This document shows, piece by piece, positions 27,287-35,245 of a stretch of 64,000 bases of DNA. Within the stretch, counting starts at the first letter, position 1, and each line of letters starts with the position of its first letter. This stretch comes from a bacterium. Lineage in GTDB: Bacteria > Actinomycetota > Acidimicrobiia > Acidimicrobiales > Ilumatobacteraceae. A model generated the notes under the pieces. The model did no database searches, had not been told where the DNA came from, and worked only from the letters and a program-made list of their open reading frames with translations. The position numbers and the translations under genes were made by a program. The stretch lies in contig JAPOKO010000004.1 of assembly GCA_029977615.1 (NCBI GenBank), positions 20,207 through 84,206 on the forward strand, written 5' to 3'.

Positions 27287-28179
27287 TACTTAGAGAGTAG
27301 TGAGCGAAGCGCACTTTCTAGAGTGGTGTGTTTAAACGAGTATCCACTCGCATTGAGTGCTGCAGGAATTACGCGCTGGCCGGTAAACAGCAGTGCATCT
27401 GCAAGTTCGCCACCAAGCACAATCTTTGGTGCAAAACTAGGCACTGGCACAATGGCTGGACGCTTGAGAATTGATGCAAGCACTTTCGTGAATTCTGCAT
27501 TCGTCACCGGATTTGGTGCAGTGAGATTGACCGCTCCGCTGACATTTGCTGTGAGCAAGTGCTCGATGGCGCCAATTTCGTCATCAATTGAAATCCAGCT
27601 TTGCCACTGCTTGCCATTGCCGAACTTTCCACCTAAGCCCAACCTGAAGAGTGGGAGAAGTTTCTTCAATGCGCCACCCTTTGGTGTGAGCACGATTCCT
27701 GTGCGGAGATACACCGTGCGAACTCCAGCATCGACTGCCGGCTTTGCGGCAGCTTCCCACTCTTTGCACACGTCAGCAAGAAATCCGGTTCCATGTGTGC
27801 TCACTTCGGTGAGTTGCTCGTCGTTACGCGCTCCATAAATTCCGATAGCCGAACCTGAAAGGAATACTGATGGTTTGCGCGAGAGTGATGCGATTGTTGT
27901 TGCAAGAAGAGCTGTAGTCGTGGTGCGACTATCAAGAATTTCCTTGCGGTATGCATCGGACCATCGCTTGTCTCCAATGCCAGCGCCAGAAAGGTGAATG
28001 ACTGCATCGGCACCTTCAAGTGCTGCAGCATCAAGCGATCCCGATTTCGGATTCCACTGAATTTCGCCTGACTTCGGCGATCTGCGAACGAGACGAATTA
28101 CTTCGTGTCCACTATTTGACAGTTTGGCAACAAGTTGCGTGCCGATTAATCCACTTGCTCCTGAAATAACAATCTTCAT
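27286..28179 (-). CDS. TIGR01777-family (YfcH / SDR39U1, epimerase-like with DUF1731) protein
   Basis: 297 aa. MKIVISGASGLIG ... WSDAYRKEILDSR ... GKQWQSWISIDD. Its TAA shares one nt with the downstream ATG (TAATG at 27284-27288). Confidence 0.85.
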   Translation of the reverse strand: MKIVISGASGLIGTQLVAKLSNSGHEVIRLVRRSPKSGEIQWNPKSGSLDAAALEGADAVIHLSGAGIGDKRWSDAYRKEILDSRTTTTALLATTIASLSRKPSVFLSGSAIGIYGARNDEQLTEVSTHGTGFLADVCKEWEAAAKPAVDAGVRTVYLRTGIVLTPKGGALKKLLPLFRLGLGGKFGNGKQWQSWISIDDEIGAIEHLLTANVSGAVNLTAPNPVTNAEFTKVLASILKRPAIVPVPSFAPKIVLGGELADALLFTGQRVIPAALNASGYSFKHTTLESALRSLLSK

Positions 28180-28227
28180 GCCCTTACCTTATGACGCTTT
28201 AGCCCCTCTGGGGAGGTTGTGCGCCGA

Positions 28228-30093
28228 TTATGGAATGACGATTGGCACTGAAGTAACCACGGTGTTTGGGCGGAACAAGAGCCGCGCCTTTATGGCGAGT
28301 GCCGACTGGTTGTGAAGCCATTGCGAGCGAATGCTGGTAACGAATTCGGGAATAATTACGGTGATCAAGTCATCGTTGTACATGTTGTCGATTTCGTTAA
28401 TTCGATTGAGGATCGGCTCAGTGAGGTCGCGGTACTCGGAGACAACAGTGTCCAAATCAATTGTCAAGCCGAATTTATCCCACTGTTCCTGCAAGCGAGC
28501 ACGGTCTTCTGATTGTTCAATAACTGATAGTGCAACGAGCTTGTCTGGACGCAAACTTTGGGCGTAACGAACAGCTTGCAACACACCTTGGTTCACTGAG
28601 CCGACGAGCACCACAACTGTATGGGTCTTGAACGGAGCCTTGTAACCTTCGGTGGGGGCAAGAAAGCTACGCACACGCGTGTAGTGGCGGTGCACACCTT
28701 TGAATCCAATCATCATTGTTGGAATGAGTAAAGCCGGAATCCATGCGCCGTCGGTGAACTTGACTGTGACCACAATTCCAGCAACAAAGAATGTGGTGAT
28801 TGAACCAACACCATTGATTCCCATGTGGATTTTCCAACTTTTTCCGCGGTGTTTGTAGTGGTGGACACACATACCCGCCTGACTCAGAGTGAAACCTGTG
28901 AATACTCCTACCGCATACAGCGGGATGAGCGCATTAATCAGGCCTCCGAATGCGACAAGCAAACCTATTGAAGCGAGGCTCAAAAAGATCACACCGTTTG
29001 AAAAGACGAGGCGGTCTCCGCGATTCATAAATTGTCGTGGCAAATAGTTGTCTTTCGAAATGATTGACATCAAGCGAGGGAAGTCTGCATATGCAGTGTT
29101 TGCAGCAAGAATCAGAATTGCAAAGGTTGCGAACTGAGTGATGAAGAAGAAAATGTTGCGACCGCCGTACACCTGCTCTGCGAGCTGAGCAAGCACAGTA
29201 TTGGGAATGAGTCCTTCGTGATCTTTCACTGGCTCGAGATGCTGAGCAAGAACGCTCAGACCAAAGAAACACGATCCAAGAATGACGGCCATCCAGATAA
29301 GCGTGATTGAGGCATTTTTGGATTCAGGCTTTTTGAAAGCTGGAACTCCATTAGAAACTGCTTCGACACCTGTGAGAGCAACCGCTCCTGATGAGAACGC
29401 TTTTAAGAAGTAGAACGCTGTCACCGAACCTTGCATTTCTAGTAAGTGCTGAGCTTCGCCCGTATGTTCGATGGGCGGCAAGCCCTGGAAGAACACGCGG
29501 TATAAACCAACAACAATCAGTGTGATGAGCGAGCCGACGTATATGTATGTCGGTGGTGCAAACAACATTGCGGACTCTTTAAGCCCACGCAAGTTTGCAA
29601 GCATCATGATCAAGACAAATCCACAACAGATATGAACTCGGTATGGGGCAAGACCGTTAAATGCAGAAATGATTGCAGCGGTACCGCCGGCCACTGATAC
29701 GCAAACTGTGAGGATGTAGTCAATAAGCAAGGACGCACCGGCAATAAGTCCAGGTTTTTCGCCAAGGTTTTCCTTCGAAACAACGTACGAACCGCCGCCG
29801 TTTGGGTAAGCAAAAATTGTTTGGCGATAACTGGTGACAACGATGATGAGGAGTGCAACAACCATGAGGGAAATTGGCACCAACATCGAATATGCAGCCA
29901 TACCGACAGCGCCAAGTGAAAGAAAAACAATCAGAATTTCTTCTGTGGCGTAAGCGGTAGATGAAATTGCGTCACTAGCAAAGACCGGAAGTGCAACTTT
30001 TTTTGAAATGCGTTGGTGATGGTCTTCAGACGTTGCAATCGGATTACCGATAAATAGACGTTTCAGACCTTTATTACCTGATTGAGTAGACAT
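28228..30093 (-). CDS. APC-superfamily permease with about 150-aa cytoplasmic C-terminal extension (Rv2690c-like neighbour of ceoB/ceoC)
   Basis: 621 aa. The N-terminus ...ISKKVALPVFASDAISSTAYATEEIL is followed by about 12 hydrophobic segments, then a soluble tail. Confidence 0.85.
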   Translation of the reverse strand: MSTQSGNKGLKRLFIGNPIATSEDHHQRISKKVALPVFASDAISSTAYATEEILIVFLSLGAVGMAAYSMLVPISLMVVALLIIVVTSYRQTIFAYPNGGGSYVVSKENLGEKPGLIAGASLLIDYILTVCVSVAGGTAAIISAFNGLAPYRVHICCGFVLIMMLANLRGLKESAMLFAPPTYIYVGSLITLIVVGLYRVFFQGLPPIEHTGEAQHLLEMQGSVTAFYFLKAFSSGAVALTGVEAVSNGVPAFKKPESKNASITLIWMAVILGSCFFGLSVLAQHLEPVKDHEGLIPNTVLAQLAEQVYGGRNIFFFITQFATFAILILAANTAYADFPRLMSIISKDNYLPRQFMNRGDRLVFSNGVIFLSLASIGLLVAFGGLINALIPLYAVGVFTGFTLSQAGMCVHHYKHRGKSWKIHMGINGVGSITTFFVAGIVVTVKFTDGAWIPALLIPTMMIGFKGVHRHYTRVRSFLAPTEGYKAPFKTHTVVVLVGSVNQGVLQAVRYAQSLRPDKLVALSVIEQSEDRARLQEQWDKFGLTIDLDTVVSEYRDLTEPILNRINEIDNMYNDDLITVIIPEFVTSIRSQWLHNQSALAIKARLLFRPNTVVTSVPIVIP

Positions 30094-30157
30094 ATGCGTC
30101 TAGAAGCCTGCCACATTGACTACCTGCAAGGTGTGCTGACCGCCTACGCTGTTTAGT

Positions 30158-30169
30158 TGTAGTACTACA
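30158..30169. promoter_or_regulatory. 12-bp perfect palindrome TGTAGTACTACA in the permease/trkA divergent promoter region; candidate operator
   Basis: Read directly. It is located 46 nt upstream of the trkA GTG (30215) and 65 nt upstream of the permease ATG (30093). Confidence 0.25.
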
Positions 30170-30214
30170 TTGGCATTTCGGGCGCCGTTTGCCCATGCCA
30201 CAAGGGAGAAAACT

Positions 30215-30877
30215 GTGCACGTCGTAATTGTCGGATGCGGGCGAGTTGGCTCGACGCTCGGTCGGGAACTCGTTGCCGCCGGCCACACGGTTGCCGTCGT
30301 TGACCGAAAGTCGGAAGCGTTTTCACGGCTGGGCGAAACTTTTAGTGGTCAGAAAATTGCAGGAATTGGTTTTGACCGAGAAATTTTGATTGAGGCTGGA
30401 ATCGAGAAGGCTGGTGCGCTTGCCGCAGTTACTAATGGTGACAACTCGAATATTTTGATTGCTCGTGTTGCACGTGAGGAATTTGGCATTGAACGTGTGG
30501 TCGCCCGTATTTATGATCCAAAGCGCGCAGAAATTTACGAACGGCTTGGAATTGCCACTGTGGCAACTGTGAAGTGGACGTCGGAACGAATTTTGCGTCG
30601 CATCCTTCCTGATCTACCTGCAGTGGAGTGGACCGACCCGAGTGCAAAAGTGGTGTTAGTAGAGCGTGAACTTCCCAAGACATTGGTTGGCTCTCGCGTG
30701 TTGTCGCTGGATACTGCTGTTGCTCGAATTGTTTCTGTTCGCCGACTTGGTGCAGCAATCATTCCGGGTGCAGACACCGTTGTTCAAGAAGGCGATGTCG
30801 CATATGTGGCTGTTGAAGTGAAGTCGCTGGAAGCCTTTGATGCATCACTTGCATCTACAAGCGGGAAAGGTCACTAA
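30215..30877 (+). CDS. trkA: TrkA-family (RCK) potassium-uptake protein, CeoB-like
   Basis: GTG at 30215 preceded by AAGGGAGAA. Has VHVVIVGCGRVGS (NAD-binding) and a TrkA-C domain. The track start at 30170 was trimmed. Confidence 0.9.
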   Translation: MHVVIVGCGRVGSTLGRELVAAGHTVAVVDRKSEAFSRLGETFSGQKIAGIGFDREILIEAGIEKAGALAAVTNGDNSNILIARVAREEFGIERVVARIYDPKRAEIYERLGIATVATVKWTSERILRRILPDLPAVEWTDPSAKVVLVERELPKTLVGSRVLSLDTAVARIVSVRRLGAAIIPGADTVVQEGDVAYVAVEVKSLEAFDASLASTSGKGH

Positions 30878-30879
30878 TT

Positions 30880-31548
30880 GTGAAAGTAGTAGTCGCAGGT
30901 GGTGGAAGTGTTGGCAGATTTACGGCAGAACAACTAGTTGCTGCAGGTCATGAAGTAACCATTATCGAAAATGATCGTTCTGTTGTTGCTGAATACGCAG
31001 AAAATGAACCGTCAGTGAAATTGAAGTGGCATCGTGGTGATGCATGTGATGTTGCAGTTCTAGCTGCTGCTGGTGTGACCATGGCTGATGTTGTTGCATC
31101 GGTTACCGGTGACGATGAAGACAACTTGGTTGTTTCGCTGCTAGCTAAGCAGGAGTTTGGAGTGCCTCGAGTTATTGCTCGAGTGAATAACCCAAATAAC
31201 TACTGGATGTTTAATGATATGTGGGGGGTTGATGTTTCTGTATCAACGCCACACCTCATCACCAGCCTTGTTCAGGAAGCCGTTGCAGTTGGAAATTTGG
31301 TTCGTCTGATGCAACTCAAGGGCGGCAAAGCTGAACTCGTTGAAGTGACGCTTGCAGATAACTCTCCGGCTCGCGACAAGGTGCTTGGTGATTTACTTTT
31401 GCCTCGTAGCGCAAGTGTCGTTGCAATTGTTCGCGACAGCCGAGTGCTGATGCCAACGCCAGACATGGTGCTGCGAGTTGGAGATGAAGTAATGGCACTC
31501 ATTACCGAGGACGCTGAAGCTGCGGTGCAGCAAATTCTGATTGGCTAA
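30880..31548 (+). CDS. trkA: TrkA-family (RCK) potassium-uptake protein, CeoC-like
   Basis: 222 aa, GTG start. Has VVVAGGGSVGR and a TrkA-C domain. It is adjacent to the first trkA copy. Confidence 0.9.
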   Translation: MKVVVAGGGSVGRFTAEQLVAAGHEVTIIENDRSVVAEYAENEPSVKLKWHRGDACDVAVLAAAGVTMADVVASVTGDDEDNLVVSLLAKQEFGVPRVIARVNNPNNYWMFNDMWGVDVSVSTPHLITSLVQEAVAVGNLVRLMQLKGGKAELVEVTLADNSPARDKVLGDLLLPRSASVVAIVRDSRVLMPTPDMVLRVGDEVMALITEDAEAAVQQILIG

Positions 31549-31563
31549 TTCAGTCTTGTAGCG

Positions 31564-31941
31564 TTATTTATCACCCATTGGCAAGAGTGAGTACTTTGGG
31601 TTGAGGAAAACCAGACGGTTTGTATCGGCGTATGCCACGCCCTCAACGATGATGCAATGACCATGTTCGATTCCGGCAACGTGGCGACGCCCGCTGAAGA
31701 TAACTGTTGCGTCACCTGTTCCATCGTTGATGACAATTTCCGTTGACGGAATTCCTGATCGAGGTTTAATGGTCATGCGCTTAACTTCACCACAAACCTT
31801 GGTGCGGTCGCGAGCTTCAAGTTCGCCAAGAGGTTGCAGGCGCAATTCGGCAAAGCGATCTACAAGTCGCTCAGCATCAAGTTGGCGTACAGGTTTTACT
31901 TTTGAATTGAATGCATCCTTGAGTCCCATGACAAGTTTCAT
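31564..31941 (-). CDS. OB-fold nucleic-acid-binding domain protein (Rv2694c-like)
   Basis: 125 aa. KVCGEVKRMTIKP...VINDGTGDATVIFSGRR...G..I.VEG is OB-like, and its position next to trkA matches mycobacterial synteny (from memory). Confidence 0.65.
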   Translation of the reverse strand: MKLVMGLKDAFNSKVKPVRQLDAERLVDRFAELRLQPLGELEARDRTKVCGEVKRMTIKPRSGIPSTEIVINDGTGDATVIFSGRRHVAGIEHGHCIIVEGVAYADTNRLVFLNPKYSLLPMGDK

Positions 31942-31958
31942 CCTAGGCTGACGTATAT

Positions 31959-32387
31959 ATGAGTACCCGAAAACTAATCATGTGGGCATTGTTCTGTGGA
32001 GTGCTGATCCTTGGCGCGGGATTGTTCAAACTGTGGCAAACCACAGGAGAAGGAGCAAAGGTGCAATTGCTGCAGCTTGGAGAATCGGCATTATTGGGTG
32101 ATATGACTGTGTCGGTAAATTCTGTCTCTAAATCCGCAACACAAACTCTTGTCGAAGTGTCGATGCAAGGGGTTGAAGGAGCAGATGCTCTTTCGGGTTG
32201 GCGCATGTTGGTTGGCTCTGAAATTAGTGAGGCTCAGCCGTTGGCGGATGGTTCGGGTACCCCTTGCGCTACGACAAAACTCGCCGAACCGACCGTCTGC
32301 ACTGTCGCGTTTCCTGTGTCTGAAGGCACGCCAACCATTGCCTACATTCGCGCCGGACAACAAGAACAGTGGGCTACGACACCGTAA
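31959..32387 (+). CDS. Hypothetical membrane-anchored protein
   Basis: 142 aa. N-terminal TM segment LIMWALFCGVLILGAGLF. No family recognised. Confidence 0.5.
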   Translation: MSTRKLIMWALFCGVLILGAGLFKLWQTTGEGAKVQLLQLGESALLGDMTVSVNSVSKSATQTLVEVSMQGVEGADALSGWRMLVGSEISEAQPLADGSGTPCATTKLAEPTVCTVAFPVSEGTPTIAYIRAGQQEQWATTP

Positions 32388-32417
32388 TCTTGAACCGTTA
32401 TCGTTGTCCACAAGCAA

Positions 32418-33833
32418 TTGAAAGAGGTGGTGCGTACGGCTGAGCAATTTGATCTTGTGGTCATTGGTGGCGGCCCTGGTGGCTACGCATCCGCCTTCTA
32501 TGCAGCCTCTGCAGGAATGACCGTTGCTTTGATTGAGCGCGACACCATCGGTGGAACGTGTTTGAACCGTGGATGCATTCCGGCAAAAGCGTTTCTCGAG
32601 ACTGCCGCCGCTAATCGTCACGTGCAACACGCCGGTGATTTTGGAATTAACGCCACCTTAAACGGAATTGATTTTGGAATTGCACAAACCCGAAAGCAGA
32701 CCATTGTGAATGGTTTGGTTAAAGGATTGACAGGATTAACCAAGACAAAAAAGGTTACGTATCTGTTGGGTACTGGTTCGCTCGGTCCGAATAAAACAGT
32801 GACTGTGCAGTTGGCTGATGGAAGCACCCAGCAACTTCAAGGAAAAAACATTGTTATTGCAGCAGGTTCAACTCCACGAACCATTCCGGGGTTTACACCC
32901 GGCGGCCCAATCATGACTTCTGATGAAGTGTTAATGCTGAGCAAAATTCCACAACGCATTGCTGTGATTGGTGGTGGCGCAATTGGTTGTGAGTTCGCTT
33001 CGACATTTGCCGATCTTGGGTCGCAAGTAACCATTCTTGAAGGACTACCAAAAATTCTTCCCGGACTCGACCCCGACTTGGCATTCGTTGTTGAAAAGAG
33101 TTTTAAGAAAAAGAACATAGACATTCGTACCGGCGTAAAAGTAAATGGTCACGAACCAACAGGCACTGGTACGACAGTGTTGTTTGGTGAAGGCGAACGA
33201 CTTGAAGTTGACGCGGTAGTAGTTTCGGTTGGGCGTAAACCATTTACCGAGTTGCTTGGACTTGCGGGAACTGCGGTGCATGTAAGTGACCGCGGGTTTA
33301 TTGATGTTGACGGTTATTGCCAAACAGGTGAACCAGGTGTGTATGCAGTTGGCGACATTGTGAACACTCCACAACTTGCGCACGTTGCGTACTCGGAAGC
33401 AATTGTTGCTGTAAAGCACATGCGCGGTGAAGTGGTGTACCCAGTGATGTACGACCGAGTTCCATGGGCAATCTATTGCCATCCTGAAGTTGCATGGGCT
33501 GGTCCATCTGAAGAGGCAGCAATTGCTGCAGGGCACGATGTTGTTGTTGCGAAGCACGCATTCCGTTCAAATAGTCGCGCAATGATTTTGGGTGAAACTG
33601 ACGGCTTAGTAAAGATCATCGCGAAAAAGAATGCTGACGGAACCCCTGGCCAGGTACTTGGCGTCCACATGGTTGGACCATGGGTTACGGAACAGTTGTC
33701 GGGCGGCTACTTGGCAGTGAACTGGGAAGCAACAGTGGATGAAATTGCAGAATTCATTCAGCCACACCCTTCGCTTTCTGAAACATTTGGAGAAACAGTG
33801 TTGTCGCTTACGGGCCGCACCATTAACGGTTAA
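32418..33833 (+). CDS. lpd: Dihydrolipoyl dehydrogenase (E3)
   Basis: 471 aa. DLVVIGGGPGGY, redox-active GGTCLNRGCIPAK, and the C-terminal HPSLSE. The start is non-ATG (TTG at 32418, or GTG a few codons in). Confidence 0.93.
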   Translation: MKEVVRTAEQFDLVVIGGGPGGYASAFYAASAGMTVALIERDTIGGTCLNRGCIPAKAFLETAAANRHVQHAGDFGINATLNGIDFGIAQTRKQTIVNGLVKGLTGLTKTKKVTYLLGTGSLGPNKTVTVQLADGSTQQLQGKNIVIAAGSTPRTIPGFTPGGPIMTSDEVLMLSKIPQRIAVIGGGAIGCEFASTFADLGSQVTILEGLPKILPGLDPDLAFVVEKSFKKKNIDIRTGVKVNGHEPTGTGTTVLFGEGERLEVDAVVVSVGRKPFTELLGLAGTAVHVSDRGFIDVDGYCQTGEPGVYAVGDIVNTPQLAHVAYSEAIVAVKHMRGEVVYPVMYDRVPWAIYCHPEVAWAGPSEEAAIAAGHDVVVAKHAFRSNSRAMILGETDGLVKIIAKKNADGTPGQVLGVHMVGPWVTEQLSGGYLAVNWEATVDEIAEFIQPHPSLSETFGETVLSLTGRTING

Positions 33834-33854
33834 TCGTTCGAGCAGAGGAGCATC

Positions 33855-35225
33855 ATGGCTGAGATCACACTTCCACAACTTGGAGAAACGGTCACCGAAG
33901 GAACGATTACGCGTTGGTTCAAAAAGGTAGGCGACACCATTGCGGCTGACGAGCCATTATTCGAAGTTTCCACAGACAAAGTTGACACCGAAGTACCTTC
34001 GCCAATTGCAGGAACGCTGACCGAAATTCGCGTTGCAGAAGGCGAGACAGTTGCGGTTGGAACCGTGATTGCGGTGGTTGGCGGTGCAGGTGCAGCACCT
34101 GCACCAACGCCAGTTGTGACTCCAGCACCGGCGCCAACTCCTGCACCAACGTCAGTTGTGACTCCAGCACCTGCACCAGTAGCTGCTCCTGCACCTGCAC
34201 CAGCTCCGGTTGCGCATTCAAACAAGTTGCTCTCGCCAGTTGTTCGTCGATTGGTCAATGATCACGGCATCAACATCGATGCATTGCAAGGCACTGGACC
34301 TGGTGGACGCATTACTCGTGAAGATGTACTCGACTACATCGATCGCAATGGACTAGCTGTGCAACCTGCAGTACCAGTTGCTGCACCTGCGCCTGCGCCA
34401 GTTGCTGCGCCTACTCCTGTTGCGACACCTGCTCCCGCACCAGTTGCGGCATCGGCGCCTGCACCAACACCAGCATCCGCCGCCACACCTCGTTCAGCTT
34501 CAACACTTGGTGATCGCGAGCAAGTAGTTCCGTTGTCAAAAATTCGCAGACTTACTGGATCGCACATGGTGATGTCGCTAGAGACCAGTCCTCATTCATT
34601 CACCGTTGTTGAAGTTGACTACGCAAACGTAGACAAAACACGTAATTCAATAAAGGAGTCGTGGAAAGCGAGCGAAGGGTTCAGCCTTACCTACTTGCCA
34701 TTTATTAGCCGCGCAGTCGTTGACGCTCTAACCGAGTTCCCACATTTGAATGCAAGCATTGAGGGCGACAATTTGATTGTTCATAGCTATGTCGACTTGG
34801 GAATCGCGGTAGATCTTGATTATGCAGGACTATTGGTGCCAGTTGTGCGCAGTGCTGATGCAAAGCGATTGCGTGCCATTGCTCGCGAGATTCATGATCT
34901 TGCATCGCGTGCGCGTGGACGAAAGCTTTCGCCAGATGAGATCAACGGTGGAACATTCACCTTGTCAAACAATGGTTCGGCTGGTGCGCTCATAGCAATG
35001 CCAATAATCAACCAGCCGCAGGTTGCCATTTTGTCTACCGATGCCATTGTGCGTAAGCCAGTAGTTGTTGCCATGCCCGACGGAAGCGAAAGCATTGCAA
35101 TTCATCCAATGGGTCACTTGTCCATGTCGTGGGATCATCGTGCATTTGATGGCGCATATGCAGGCCGATTCCTTTCTCGTGTTAAGCAGATTCTTGAAAC
35201 ACAGGACTGGTCAGCCGAGCTGTAA
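33855..35225 (+). CDS. sucB: Dihydrolipoyllysine-residue acyl(succinyl)transferase E2 (SucB/DlaT)
   Basis: 456 aa. One lipoyl domain (EVSTDKVDTEV), the PSBD SPVVRRLVNDHGINIDALQGTGPGGRITREDV, and the catalytic SWDHRAFDGA. Confidence 0.93.
   Translation: MAEITLPQLGETVTEGTITRWFKKVGDTIAADEPLFEVSTDKVDTEVPSPIAGTLTEIRVAEGETVAVGTVIAVVGGAGAAPAPTPVVTPAPAPTPAPTSVVTPAPAPVAAPAPAPAPVAHSNKLLSPVVRRLVNDHGINIDALQGTGPGGRITREDVLDYIDRNGLAVQPAVPVAAPAPAPVAAPTPVATPAPAPVAASAPAPTPASAATPRSASTLGDREQVVPLSKIRRLTGSHMVMSLETSPHSFTVVEVDYANVDKTRNSIKESWKASEGFSLTYLPFISRAVVDALTEFPHLNASIEGDNLIVHSYVDLGIAVDLDYAGLLVPVVRSADAKRLRAIAREIHDLASRARGRKLSPDEINGGTFTLSNNGSAGALIAMPIINQPQVAILSTDAIVRKPVVVAMPDGSESIAIHPMGHLSMSWDHRAFDGAYAGRFLSRVKQILETQDWSAEL
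34080..34214 (+). repeat. Pro/Ala/Thr-rich low-complexity linker 1 of E2, with internal near-repeat (PVVTPAPAPTPAPTSVVTPAPAP)
   Basis: Read from the translation (aa 76-120) and from the iterated ccagcacc/gcaccaac DNA motifs. Confidence 0.8.
34359..34496 (+). repeat. Pro/Ala-rich low-complexity linker 2 of E2
   Basis: aa 169-214: AVQPAVPVAAPAPAPVAAPTPVATPAPAPVAASAPAPTPASAATP. Confidence 0.8.
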
Positions 35226-35245
35226 AGCCAGCTTGCCAGCACACC

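Noticed and set aside
30094-30214. Possible c-di-AMP (ydaO-type) riboswitch in front of the potassium-transport genes
   Set aside because: The region is too short and is shared by two divergent promoters. I could not recognise the pseudo-twofold-symmetric conserved cores. Only a 12-bp palindrome stands out, and it is reported separately as a candidate operator.
33830-34258. 142-aa minus-strand ORF rich in GAGAGA/TGAGAG repeats
   Set aside because: It is the antisense reading of the Pro/Ala-rich linker of sucB. It is low-complexity, has no start context, and lies entirely inside a confidently called gene.
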